In this document: positions 50,436 through 63,762 of the stretch, in pieces
How positions within the stretch are numbered: the first letter of the stretch is position 1
Layout: each line of letters opens with the position of its first letter
NCBI GenBank assembly: GCA_038087875.1
Contig: CM075989.1
Coordinates: 20,710,001 to 20,774,000 of the forward strand
Source of the DNA: Malacoraja senta
Lineage: Eukaryota
DNA: 64,000 bases
Direction of reading: 5' to 3'
Position numbers and translations under genes: made by a program
The notes under the pieces: model-generated
Seen by the model: the letters and a program-made list of their open reading frames with translations, nothing else
What the model was told of the DNA's origin: nothing
The model's database searches: none

Positions 50436-51204
50436 CTCCTTATTTTTTTATACTGGGCCATTCACTATTCACTATTAAGCCTGAAGCTAAGATGTGTAGA
50501 TGGTTTTTTGTCCAGGGACCTTGAGCTCTGGTTCACAACCAAAGTTTTATATTGAAAGTCATTGGAATTGTTCTTTAATTTACCATGTCACACTCAACAA
50601 ACCATTTCCTGAGAATGTACTAAATGATTATACTAAATAGTATTAAGGTCTTGCTTCCTGGTTCTTTCACTAAATTTGAGTAGTTTTGTTTTCTGTCATG
50701 AAGATATATAAAAAATATTTATCTCTGCCCTTTCTTTATTTTCCCATCGTCAGTTCCAATGCTTCTTGTTTATGAAGGAATCATCTGTACTTTCACTGCT
50801 CTATTCCTTTAGAGTATTAATAATCTATTTAATATTCCCTAGTGTTCTTTTTTTTTAAGCCATTTTCTCTATTTAACAAATGCTTGGATACACAATGCTA
50901 AATTCTAAAATCTTCCTCATCCTTTGTGTCATTACCAACGTTAGTAGAGTTTAGTTTATTGCCACGTGTACTGAGGTACCGTGAAAAGCTTTTGTTGCGT
51001 GCTAACCAGTCAGCAGAAAGACTAATACAACTCTTGTAATTTTACACAACTTTTTGTTAGCCACAGAAAAATACGCAAAGTGCTGGAGTAACTCAGCAGG
51101 TCAGGCACCTATCTCTGGATAGGTGACGTTTTGGGTCAGGACCCATCTTTAGTTTGGAAACCAGCATCTGCAATTCCTTGTTTCTACAATTTGTTATCTA
51201 CAGT

Positions 51205-51516
51205 GGGCGGCACGGTGGCGCAGCGGTAGAGTTGTCTTACAGCGCGTGCAGTGCTGGAGACCCAGGTTCGATCCCGACTACGGGTGCCGTCTGTATGAAG
51301 TTTGTACCTTCTCCCCATGACTGAGATCTTCGGTTTCCTCCCACACTGTTAATTGGCTTGTTTGGAGGAAAGTCAAGTTAATTGGCTTGAGTTTGTATAC
51401 TTGAGTGTAAATTGTCCTTAGTGTGTGTCAGTTTGTGTTAATGTGCAGGAGCCACTGGTCGGTGCGGACTCGGTGGGCCGAAGGAGGGCTTGTATCCGCG
51501 CTGTATCTCTAAACTA
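51205..51516 (+). mobile_element. V-SINE, full length
   Basis: A/B boxes, V core, tail. Confidence 0.85.
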
Positions 51517-51936
51517 CACTTGGACTACTTTGCTTGGGGGCTGTTTTATTTCTTAATGAAAGGCAAATTTGTTGCAAATTAAGAACTATTTTCATTGATA
51601 GTTTACCAATGTTTCTTTACCAGATTATCATCTAATTTCCCAATGTGCCAGAACAACTCAACCTGTTATCTATAGTGTTTTTTTGTGACTGTACACGCTG
51701 GAAAAACGTATTGGAACCTGTAGAGTTAAACATTATTATTTTGTTTTCTGGCCATCTGACACATATGTTTATTAATGAAGCCTACCAGCACCTTCAAGTC
51801 TACAAAAAAAAGGCTCTGGTTATGCATCTGTAGTTTGCTTATTAGTTAGCCCTGTGTTATCGAACATAGTAAGGCTTAACAAAACCACGTCACCCATTCC
51901 TTCCCTTCAGAGATGCTGCCCCGTCCCGCTGAGTTA

Positions 51937-52253
51937 AGGGCCAGTCCCACTGTACGAGGTAATTCAAGAGCTCTCCCGAGTTAAAAAAAAAATCAAACTC
52001 GTGGTAAGCACGTAGAATGTACGTAGCGGGTACGTCGGAGCTCGGGACGTCTCTTAGCGGCTCGTAACGCTAACGGCAGGTACTCGGGAAACGCGGTTAG
52101 CTCGTGAAGACTCGTGAAGATTTTTCAACATGTTGAAAAATGTCCACGAGAGCCCCGAGTACCTACGAGCGGCTATTACCGTAATTCTCCAAGCTCGAAT
52201 CAGGGGAAACTCGGGAGAACTCTTGAATTAGCTCGTACAGTGGGACAGGCCCT
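51937..52253. mobile_element. PIF/Harbinger-type MITE, same family as 44993-45315 in opposite orientation
   Basis: TIRs AGGGCCAGTCCCACTGTACGAG...CTCGTACAGTGGGACAGGCCCT; TTA TSD; interior is the reverse complement of the 45 kb copy. Confidence 0.85.
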
Positions 52254-55200
52254 TTACTCCAGCATTTTGTGTCTATCTCCTTGTCCCCCGATACATTTGG
52301 GTCATGAACCCATCCTCCATGCAACTGCAGTAACAATGAAGATCAATGATCAGCGTGAGTATTATTAAATCACCCTTGTTCCGTGTTTCTCCCAATTCCA
52401 TGAATGATACCGTGCCCAACACTACAACTTCTGCTGAGAGGACGGAGCTACAGACTAACATTAGCGTTGCTTTCTGTCCCGTTGATGTTTCTTGATGCCA
52501 TCCCAACCCGTCCCTTCCATTTGCAAACAAGACTCCTGTGGAGTCCAGCATGCAACTTGCTCCACTGAATGATTATCAATCTTCCAAGTATTGAGTGGCT
52601 ATAAATGCCAATTATTTATACTGTCACTGTTGCCATTAAGTATAAGTTATTGGCAATTTAAAAAAAATGCACAGACGATTCCTTAAATTATAGCATTTCC
52701 TGAAAATCTGACATCGGCGTGCTGGAAAATTATGCAAAGAGAAAATCTTTGTAAGTAGCAGTAATAAATATCTACAAACAGTATTCAAGAAATGATGCTC
52801 GTGAATAGCAAAGTTTCAAAACTAATATATTTTCTGTTTAAACACTGCAAAGCTTCTACAAATAATGTGAACTATACTATCTTCTAACAGGCTGATGGAT
52901 ATACTGTTTAATCTACACACTCTGTGTTAGTTACTTGCAGTTTAAAGACATTGGATAAATGTACACGAGGATTACTGCTCATCTGTTTCATGGATTATTG
53001 ATTGTGGAGCATTTAACACGTTGACATGTTGCTCTTAATATTCGAGCATTCATAAACAGTTTAAGTTCAAAATGAAAAACAATTCCCGACTTCATGCATA
53101 ATGATAAATAAAAGATAACTCCCTGGAATAAATATCGAGGGCTAACTTCATATTATCCTAATACTGAGAGTTAACATTCAACAGTGTTTGTTTATAGCTA
53201 TTAATTAAAAGGCACTTGAAATCCTGGGCTTTTAAAGAATTTGTCAAAATAGTTCTGAGCAAAAAACTGTATTTTTAAATGAGCCAGTGTTTGATGCTTG
53301 GAAAAATCTGTGGTTATCTAATCTATCTAAGCCCCTCGTAATTTTATAAACCCAGTATAGAATATATAACCTATAACAGTACAGCACAGGAACAGGCCTT
53401 TCGGCCCACAATGTCTGTGCTGAGCATGATGCCAGGTTAAACTAATCTCCTCTGCCTGCCCGTGATCCATATCCCTCCATTCCCTGCACACCCATGTGCC
53501 TATCTAAAAGCCTCTTAAATGCCACTGTCGTTTCTGCCTCCACCATCACCTCTGGCAGCTCGTTCCAGGCACTTACGATCCTCTGTAATAAAAATCTTGC
53601 CCCACTGAACTATTTCAATGTTTAGAAAGTGGGAGGTGGGTGGTAATTCTGATCTCCCTCGGTGATCCTCATTCAATACCAGAGTTTACAAAGTGGTGAT
53701 ACAGGTAGACAACAACATTTTAGAGATTGAGGGGTCTCGACCCAAAGCGTCACTCCAGGGATGCTGTCTGTCCCGCCGAGTTACTCCAGCACTTTGTGTC
53801 CCTCTTCGGTGCAAACCAGCATCTGCAGTTCCTTCCTAAACATTTTAAAGACATTTGGACAGGTACATGGATAAGAAAGGTTTGGAGGGATAAGGGACAA
53901 ATGTGGGCATGTGGGACTAGTGCAGGGCCAGGGCATGTAGGTCAGCATAGGCAAGTTAGGGTGACTCTACGACTCTATGACAGGGTGATAAAGTCGGCTC
54001 TTGTCGCGCTTGCCTTCCTTTTCCACTTTTCCCCAAGTACATTAAGTGTCCTGGAGAGAAGGAATGGGTGACGCTTCAGTCTGAAGAAGGGTCTCGACCC
54101 CAAACGTCACCCATTCCTTCTCTCCAGAGATGCTGCCTGTCCCGCTGAGTTACTCCAGCTTTTTGTGTCTATCTTTGGTATAAACCAACATCTGCAGTTC
54201 CTTCCTACACTTGTAGGAAGTATCCTTTTAGGTAATATATTTGTGTCTGTAGATGGCAGTGTTGCACCATATTGCTTTCATATTATCTTGCTCCCATCCT
54301 CCCCAATATATATTCACACACAATACTTTCTTCCCAATCAGTGGGGTCTACATCTTAAGTTAACCAAACTGGATTCCTTGCTGAATAACATCACATTCCC
54401 TATTTATGCGATTCTTATTTTTTTCCTCCCTTCCATTTAAGAAAATGCAAATTTAGTTTGTCATTTGTATGTGAAATTGCTATTTTTCTGTAACTTCTGG
54501 CAATTTGAGTACAGGTAAAAAATTGTGTTACAGGTGAAAGTGCATTAATATACACAATTATGTCATTTTACTTTCAGATTTACTGCAATTGAAAACACTG
54601 CAATTAATAATCTTTTCCTTTCAATTACAATCTTGTCTGTTCTATTTTTTATTTTTTTTTGAAAATATTTTTTATTGGAGATAAGTACACAACATATTAT
54701 CATCATTACCAGTCTTACATTTTTAAATTGATAATATTGTCAATTATTATTACATTGTCTCCAATACCTTTTGCCTTTTTTTGTTTTTTTTAAACTAAAT
54801 AGAACTAAAAAGATAGATGAAGTAAAGAAAGAAGAGAGAGAGAGAAAGAAAAAAACAAAACAAAAACAAAAAAACAAAACAGAAAAGAAAAAGATAGTTA
54901 AAGAAGAATGGAAAAATGTATTAAGATAAAAAACTTTGTTCGAGATATATTCGTACATTTCAGAGTATAACATTTCATCCATTCTTTAGCCCGAGTGTTA
55001 GTCAGGTTATTGTCTATTCTATTTTGACAATGGACTGGTTCAATTTATGTTATTTCCAATATGAAAAATCAGTTCATACAAAGCTCACAATTTATGAATA
55101 CTCTGTCTTGATGCTGTGCTGTCTAAGGAGATGCTGAAATGATCTGAGATGTGATGATTATTGGAAACCCTGCTGTTTCAAAATAATTATGGTTTAATGT

Positions 55201-56009
55201 ACTGATGAGGAAGCACTTTTAAAAGATGTTACATTGAGAGCAACCATTTTACGAAGGAAATTGGTTCCTTCGTTTATTTTTAATGGTGGCCAGAATGGAT
55301 GACTTTTCAAGTGTATGGTGAGGTTGCAGGTGCTACCATGTGGCAATGCGTGAGGCCCAGCGCAAATTGGGGGAACAACCCCTCATATTTCACTTGATAG
55401 ACGCCAAAAGCTGGAGTAACTCAGCAGGTCAGACAGCATCTCTGGAGAAAAAGAACAGGTGACGATCGGGTCGAGACCCTTCTTCAGAGTCTAAAGAAGG
55501 GTCTCGACCCGAAATGTCACCTATTCCTTTTCTCCAGAGATGCTGCTTGACTCGCTGAGTTACTCCAGCTTTTTGTGTCCAACTTTGGTTTAAACCAGCA
55601 TCTTCAGTTCCTTCCTTCTCATAATTCGCTTGGTCTGCAGCAGGGTGAGGCAGCAACTCTACCAACTGCGCCACTGTGCCACCCATGATTTTTTATCTTT
55701 TCCCTTTTTCTCTAAACCTAATCGAAATAAGTTTATTTTTAGGAACTTAAGTTTATAGTTACTGCTACTGGTATACCGAAAATATTTCTCAAGCGTTTAA
55801 TTAAAGAGGATTAAAACTCTACATAATGCTGCTTGAAAATAATTCTGATCTCTCTACCTTATCCTTGGGGGATCAGACCATGTGCTGACAAACCATTCTG
55901 TATACAGATTCATCACATGGAGATCAGAGCAAGCAGAAGAAAAATGTTTACTCCAGGTTAAACCAAATTTCTGACTTGGAGGCACAAAAAACTGCAGATG
56001 TTGCGGTCT

Positions 56010-56625
56010 CCAGATACCTCACGCTGCCTCGGCAAGGCCAGCGGCATAATCAAGGACGATTCGCACATGGCCCACTCCCTCTCCCCCCCTCTCCCTGCAG
56101 GCAAGAGATATAGAAGTGTGAAAACGCACACCGCCAGATTCAGGGACAGTTTCTTCCCAGCTGTTATCAGGCCACTGAATCATCCTACCACAACCAGAGA
56201 GCAGTCTTGAACTACTATCTTTGATGTCCCTCGGACTATCCTTGATCAGACTTTGTTGGCAGATACATGATAAGGGAATAACTTTTAGTGCAAGGTAAAG
56301 CCAGCAAAGTCCGATCAAGGTTAGTCCGAGGGTCACCAAAGAGGCAGATAGTAGTTCAGCACTGCTCTCTGGTTGTGGTAGGATGGTTCTGTTGCCTGAT
56401 AACAGCTGGGAAGAAACTGTCCCTGAATCTGGAGGTGTGCGTTTTCACACTTCTGTAACTTTTGCCCGATGGGAGAGGGGAGAAGAGGGAGTGGCCAGGG
56501 TGCGACTCGTCCTTGATTATGTTGCTGGCTGTGCCGGGGCAGCGTGAGATATAAATGGAGCCAATAGAAGGGAGGTTGGTTTGTGTGACAGTCTGGGGCC
56601 ACGTCCACAATTCGCTGCAATTTCT
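56010..56625. mobile_element. Two Rex/Babar-type 3' fragments in tail-to-tail (inverted) arrangement
   Basis: RCLGKASGIIKDDSH...PLPAGKRYRSVKTHTARFRDSFFPAVIR on + (56010-56260) and the same on - (56260-56625). Confidence 0.8.
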
Positions 56626-58079
56626 TGCGGACTCTTGTGAATATGATCTTCCCAGTTGTCTCAATGTTTTATGCATCTTGCGATTTTATGATTCACCATT
56701 AAAACTCCCTGCAGAAACTTTTCTCGTCGTGCATGCAAACATTTGCTTTTAACAACGTGATTGCAGATTCTGATCAGACGCTGGCCTCGTGGAATACACT
56801 TCTGCTCCCTCACAGCTTTATGTTAAAAAAAATAATCGACCGATTCAGCACAAAACCAAGGGTGCACATTTTGCATTAAAGGCCAAACTGGGTCAAGTAA
56901 CAGCAGGAAGGCAACAGAAAATGCTGCACTCAGGGTATCGCAGAGCTATTTTTGAAATTGGCTCAGTCAGTTAAAGGAGCCTGTAGTTTATAATGAGGAC
57001 AACTTGCAGTGTCAAGTAGGAAAGACTGTTAGCAGACTTTGTAAATGGTCTCTGGTGATCCCTCAGGGTCACTTATAACAGGGATCTTGGTGCATTTTTG
57101 CATGCAAGAGACCTTAAGATTATTAGACATAGGAGCAGGATTAGGCCATTCAGCCCATTTGGACTGTCTGTAGCCAAGGGAATGCTCATTGACTGATTTT
57201 CTAGTTTATATGTATATGATTTCTCAGTTTAGTTTAGTTTAGTTTAGTTTAGAGATGCAGCGTGGAAACAGGCCCTTTAACCCACCGAGTCTGTGCCGAC
57301 CAGCGATCCCCGTACACTAGCAGTATCCTCCACCGTAGGAAACAATTTCACCATCTTTACCATGCTGCTCACTTTTCTTTCCATTCTTTTGTTTATTTAG
57401 GCATTTATAAAAAATATATCATGAAGACATTAGACTTTAGAGATGATGATGAATACTTTATTGTCATTATAACATGTAAACATGTACAACGAAATTAGAA
57501 ATGCCAACCAGCCAGTGCACCATTCACACATTTTATAAGAGCAAAAGTCTAAGATAAACAACTTAAAATAAATAACATGAAAAAAAAACACATTCTTCTG
57601 TCGATTTCACAATCCCTTTGGTGTGTAGCACACCTGTACTCATTTGGTGGCTACATTAAGTGTAGTTATTGCTGTGGGATAAAAACTGTTTTTGAGTCTG
57701 TTTGTCCTTGTCCTCATTGATCTGTACCGTCTGCCTGACGGCAACAGTTCAAACAGGGTGGAAAATGTCCTTTATGATCTTCTGGGATTTTTTGAGACAG
57801 TGGGAACTGTGTAGGTCCTCCAAGGTGAGGAGAGGGCAGCCGACAATCTTCTGGGCGTTGTCAATAGCCCTCTGGAGCGCTTTCCTCTTAGCCGCTGTGC
57901 AGCTGGTGTACCACACGCATACACAGTGTACGCATACACGGACTCAGTGGGCAGATACAGTGCCCACTGAGTCCGTGCCGACTAGCGATCACCCTGTACA
58001 CTCGTACTATCCAACAATTACTAGGGACCATTTCCAGAAGCCAATTAACTTGCAAACCTGCACATCTTTGGGATTCGGG

Positions 58080-58416
58080 ATAGATACATAGATACATAGA
58101 AAATAGGTGCAGGAGTAGGCCATTCGGCCCTTCGAGCCTGCACCGCCATTCAATATGATCATGGCTGATCATCCAACTCAGTATCCCGTACCTGCCTTAT
58201 CTCCATACCCTCTGATCCCTTTAGCCACAAGGGCCACATCTAACTCCCTCTTAAATATAGCCAATGAACTGGCCTCAACTACCCTCTGTGGCAGAGAGTT
58301 CCAGAGATTCACCACTCTCTGTGTGAAAAAGTTTTTCCTCATCTCGGTCTTAAAGGATTTCCCCCTTATCCTTAAGCTGTGACCCCTTGTCCTTGACTTC
58401 CCCAACATCGGGAACA
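58080..58416 (-). mobile_element. CR1 3' fragment, near-identical to 24883-25215 and 36590-36798
   Basis: GKSRTRGHSLRIRGKSFKTEMRKNFFTQRVVNLWNSLP. Confidence 0.88.
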
Positions 58417-58767
58417 GAGGGATGAAACCGGAGCACCCGGAAAAAAACCCGCTCAGTCACAAGGAGACCATACAAACTCTGTGCGGACAGCACCCATGGT
58501 CAGGATCGAACCTGGGACTCTGGCCGTGTCCATTGACCCTGCTGATCCTCGCCTCTCCCCCAGTGACCAGCAGGCCAGGGCCAGCACCTCACCTGGATTC
58601 CAGGCCCAGTTGCGAACCGATTCGCTGAAGAAGCGTGTCGCGTGTCGACCCAAATCGTCACCTACCAATGTCCTCCAGATACACTGCCTGACCCGCTGAC
58701 TGACTTTGTGTCCGTTTGTGTATTGACCAGCAACTGCAGTTGTTTGTTGTTACTATTGATACTATAC

Positions 58768-59052
58768 AATAAAGGGGAGGTCATTTAAGACTGAGGTGAG
58801 AAAAAACTTTTTCACCCAGAGAGTTGTGAATTTGTGGAATTCCCTGCCACAGAGGGCAGTGGAGGCCAAGTCACTGGATGGATTTAAGAGAGAGTTAGAT
58901 AGAGCTCTAGGGGCTAGTGGAGTCAAGGGATATGGGGAGAAGGCAGGCACGGGTTATTGATACGGGACGATAAGCCATGATCACAATGAATGGCGGTGTT
59001 GGCTCGAAGGGCCGAATGGCCTCCTCCTGCACCTATTTTCTATGTTTCTATG
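58768..59052 (+). mobile_element. CR1 3' fragment
   Basis: Same coding end and tail. Confidence 0.85.
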
Positions 59053-59892
59053 ATACAATAATACCTTATATAGACACAAAATGCTGCAGTAACTCAGCGG
59101 GACAGGCAGCATCTCTGAATAGAAGGAATGGGTGACGTTTCAGGTCGAGACCCATCCTCAGACTGTCGGTGGGGGGGAAACCGGAGCACCCGGAGGCAAC
59201 CCACGAGGTCACAGGGAGAACGTGCAAACTCCACACAGACAGCACCCCGAGGTCGGGATGAGACCTGGGTCTCTGGCGCTGTGGCTCTACCAGCTTCCTT
59301 GGAATTGCAAAGTTCTAGTTTGATATTGGTTTCAATAAGTGATCACTGTTTTCTGTTTGACAGCATTAATGCTGGAGATAAATATGTTTTTTTTTTAAAA
59401 GCACCAATTCTTATGGAGGATTAATTAGATTTTATGAACACTGTTGAAATATCATTATGTCTTATGTAATTTTGCATCATTAAATTCTGTTAAACAGTAC
59501 GATGTGTTAAAGTCTCCCTTGGCTCAAGTATTTAGGCAGCTGTTGGGAGGGGAATGTAATCTTGAGGTAGAAACAATGTAGGGCGCAGTTGTTCTTATGT
59601 TGAACTCATTTAAAAGATGAAGAATCTTCAATTAGCACAGCAGCTTAATTCCGTGAAAGAGAGTGGTTCAACACGATTATCACTTTGGCCAAGCGGTTAT
59701 GGTTTGTAAAGAGGAGAACTGAACTGTAAAAATCAAGGTGGATCTTGCACTAAACGTTATTCCCTTTATCCTGTATCTGCCATCGTGGATGGATTGATCG
59801 TAATTTAGTTTAAGAGGATTTTCGATAGGCACATGGATATGTGGGGTTTGGAGGGATATGGATCGCAGGCATGTAGGAGAGATTAGTTTAAC

Positions 59893-60282
59893 TTGGAGTT
59901 GGATTCATGGGAGGTGATCCTGGAGAGGAGGATGCTCCTCAAACTGCAGAGCATCGTGGACAATACAGCTCACCCCCTCCATGACACACTGGTCAAGTTG
60001 AGGAGCACCTTCAGCAACAGACTGGTTCCACCAAGATGCAGGACAGAACGCCACAGGAGATCCTTCTTCCCTGTGGCTATCAAACTGTACAAGTCCTCCC
60101 CCTTCTGTCATGGGATAGACTGAGACTGACTCCTCCCCTCTCCCCCTGCCCCCCCAATCTTTGTACATCCCCCAATCCTTTCCACTCATCACTTTCATTT
60201 AATGTTTCATGTATTTTGTGTTTTTAAGACTGTTGGCAGATCAATTTCCCTCCCGGGATAAATATTGTATCGTATCGTATCG
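59893..60282 (+). mobile_element. Rex/Babar-type 3' fragment
   Basis: SIVDNTAHPLH...RLVPPRCRTERHRRSFFPVAIKLY; the 3'UTR recurs at 18030-18225; (ATCGT)n tail. Confidence 0.8.
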
Positions 60283-61764
60283 CTTCGTGTACAACATGGA
60301 GATTGTGGGCCGAAGGGCCTGTTCCTGTTCTATGTTCCATGTAGGGGTTGACTCTCTGCTCAGCTTTCCTGGAAATCCCATGCACTGGACACAGAACAAG
60401 AGGCTGAGCCTGTCCTTTAGAATGTTCCCGATCTCCATGGTGCAGGACACACGCGTGTCTGTAACGTGTAGACTGGAGTGCTTCACTTAGCGGGGCAGCT
60501 CCGTGTGGAGTTAGCAACTGGCTGTCACTGCGTTCTGCTTCAATGACCTTTCATCAGGAAAAGTGATTAATCTATCTACAATTAATGCCTTCCTTGGATG
60601 AAAGATCGATCACAGCTTTTCATGTCTTTTACATAAATCAACTTTCTTCAAACTTTTTACTTTAATATGATATTGATATCAGTGTGACCCTGCCAATTGA
60701 TTCCAAACACAGACAGTGCAAGAAGAACTCAGTGGGTCAGGCAGCATCTGTGGAGGGAATAATATCATAAGAGGTAAGAGTAGAATTAGGCCATTCGGCC
60801 GATCAAGTCTACTCCGCCATTCAATAATGGCCAATCTATCTCACCCTCCTAACTCCATTCTCCTGCCTTACCCCCATAACCTCCGACACCCATACCAATC
60901 AAGAATCTATCTATCTCTGCTTTAAAAATATCCATTGACTTGGCCTCCACAGCCTTCTGTGGCAAAGAATTCCACTATATATTCCACCAATAGGCAGACA
61001 ATGTTTTGGGTTGGGACCTTCCTTCAGAATGTTATTAAGCTGGAAAGGGTGCAGTGAAGATTTAAGAGGATGTTGCTGGGCCTGAGCTTTATATCATGCT
61101 CACTCACATTGGTCGCTTCTGCTGATTTGGTCATAAGGTCATAAGTGATAGGAGAAGAATTAGGCCAACCGGTCCCTGACACCTGTACTATTCAAGAATC
61201 TATCTCTCTCTGCTTTAAAACTATCCATTGACTTGGCCTCCAGAGCCTTCTGTGGCAAAGAATTCCACAGATTCACCACCCTCTGACTAAAGTAATTCCT
61301 CCTCATCTCCTTCCAAATGAAACGTCCTTTAATTCTGAGGCTATGACCTCTGGTCGTAGACTCTCCCACCAGTGGAAACATCCTCTCCACATCCACTCTA
61401 TCTAAGCCATTCAGTATTTGTCGATACCAATGTCAAGTCTTCCACGACTGATAATTTATTTTCAATTAGCCTGCCCTGCCCATATCTCTTGTTGTTTACC
61501 ACACATTCACTCCACATTCACACGTTGCATTTGATACTTCATTTCTAGCCTTCTTTCATCTTTCCATTCCTGAGTGTGTTCACCAAATCAGACTCATCTT
61601 GTTGCTTTGCAGACATTTGAATGAAACGTCATCTACCTATTCCCTCCACAGATGCTGCTTAAGATTCCAGCATCTGCATTTTCTTGTGTGTTAGTGTGAT
61701 CGACTCATACAGCAGGGAAACAGGCCCTTCGGTCCAACATGCATATGGTTAGATGCAACATCTA

Positions 61765-61930
61765 AGGCAGACAATAAGGCTGGTGAAACTCAGCAGGTGA
61801 GGCAGCATCTATGGAGCGAAGGAAACATCACCTATTCCTTCGTTCCATGGATGCTGCCTCACATGCTGAGTTTCACTAGCATTTTGGTCTACCATCGATT
61901 TTTCCAGCATCTTCAATTCTTTCTTAAACA
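61765..61930 (+). mobile_element. PLE-derived inverted-arm element
   Basis: Inverted arms; 14-bp TSD AGATGC(A/C)ACATCTA. Confidence 0.7.
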
Positions 61931-61994
61931 AGATGCCACATCTATGCTAGTACCACATTCAGACTTTAGACTTTAGAGTCTGGTTGGTTACAAT

Positions 61995-62265
61995 TGGAAA
62001 CAGGCCCTTTGGCCAACCGAGTTTGCAGCAATCAGCGATCACCACATACCCTACACTAGGGGCAATCTTACAACTTACCAAAGCCAATTAACCTACAAAC
62101 CTGTACATCTTTGGAGTGTGGGAGGAAACCGGAGCACCCGGAGAAAACTCACGCAGTCATAGGGAGAACGTACAAACTCCGTATATACAGCACCCTGATC
62201 AGGATCAAACCCGGGTCACTGGTGCTGGAAGGCAGCAACTCTACCGCTGCTCAACTGTGCATGCC
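61995..62265 (-). mobile_element. V-SINE
   Basis: Reverse complement of the consensus. Confidence 0.8.
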
Positions 62266-62653
62266 CGCTTTTGGTCCATATTGATCCCAACCTTTGCTAT
62301 ATGTATACTTCTCCAAATGTTTTTTAAATGTTGTTACGGTACCTTTAACTGTTGCTATAGTGCCATTTAATCTTCATCCAATTGGTGTTATGAACCATTC
62401 TAATTCATGGGCTTCCACAAATGTTTGCTGCTTTTCCTTTCGGCAGTTGCTGTTTCTGCCCAGTTGACCTCTCTTCTGCACCACTGCTGTTAGTTTAAGT
62501 AGCAAATTAAATTTCAATATCTCCCACTTATCCTTTTAGAAGATGTGGTCTATACTTTGGGTTCAATCCATCCCGACATTATGTTTCTCCCAAAAAAACC
62601 GTCAGCACATTGACCTATCTAAAGCCAAAGATAGACACAAAAAGCCACACCAC

Positions 62654-62999
62654 GGGTAGCACGGTGGCGCAGCGGTAGAGGTGCTGGCTTACGCGCCAGA
62701 GAACAGGGTTCGATCCTGACTACGGGTGCTGTCTGTACGGAGTTTGTACGTTCTCCCCGAGACCTGCCTGGGTTTTCTCCGGGATCTCCGGTTTCCTTCC
62801 ACACTCGAAATACTGTACGTACAGGGTTGTTGGGTAATTGGCTTGGTAAATTGTCCCTGGTGTGTGTAGGATAATATTAGTGTGTCGATAATATTAGGGA
62901 TCGCTGGTCGGCGTGGACTCGGTGGGTAGAAGGGCCTGTTTCCACCCTGTATCTCTAAACGAAATGAAACTAAACTGAACTAAACTAAACTAAACTAAA
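62654..62999 (+). mobile_element. V-SINE, full length
   Basis: A/B boxes, V core, (CTAAA)n tail. Confidence 0.85.
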
Positions 63000-63762
63000 G
63001 TTTATTTTTTGCCTGCATTTGCACTCTCGGGAGAGCTTTGATTTTATGATCATGTTTTTAGGATTTCAAATTAGATCAGTCCAGCTTCACACTAACCCAG
63101 TGAATGAACAATGCAGTCATTCTGACTTATTTCCCAGACTTGGTTTTGGTTGCAAAGCTAAAAATGATTCCCAAAGTGGTAGAAAGTAGGTATACGAGGG
63201 GATTGATGTTGATTGATGCAGAGAATTAAAAATATACATATTACTATCCAATGGAGCAGGCGTCTTTCCAAGGTTGAGAATTAAGGATGGTTGCGATTGA
63301 AATGTCAATTGCTTGAAATGCAAAGTATTTCCATTTCGAAGCATCAAATCCTCTCAATGTGATGAATATACAAATTCTCAATCACAAAATTATATGAAAC
63401 ACAACATTTTAAAAACAATGTGGTTTGTGTCACTGTCTTATTGTGATTGAGCACTTCGTTAATTAGTTTTTTTTTCTGCCAAGGAGATTATAAAGGAGTA
63501 ATCATACCCTCTGAAAATATACTTATCTCCTCTGTCCAGATGAACATGGGGTAATTGAAGTTCAAGGGCACTATTGATAGTGAGAGGCATAAGGTAATAC
63601 TACTGAGTCCGTTAAATACACTGAGATTGGTAATATGCCACGGTTAGTGCAGAAGGCAAATTGGAGAGATTGTCTTTTAACATAGAGGTCTTGGAGACTT
63701 TGATTTTGCAAAGATTGTGTAAAAGAGTAATGCAAATATTAATGTGCACGATAGTTGAGTTT

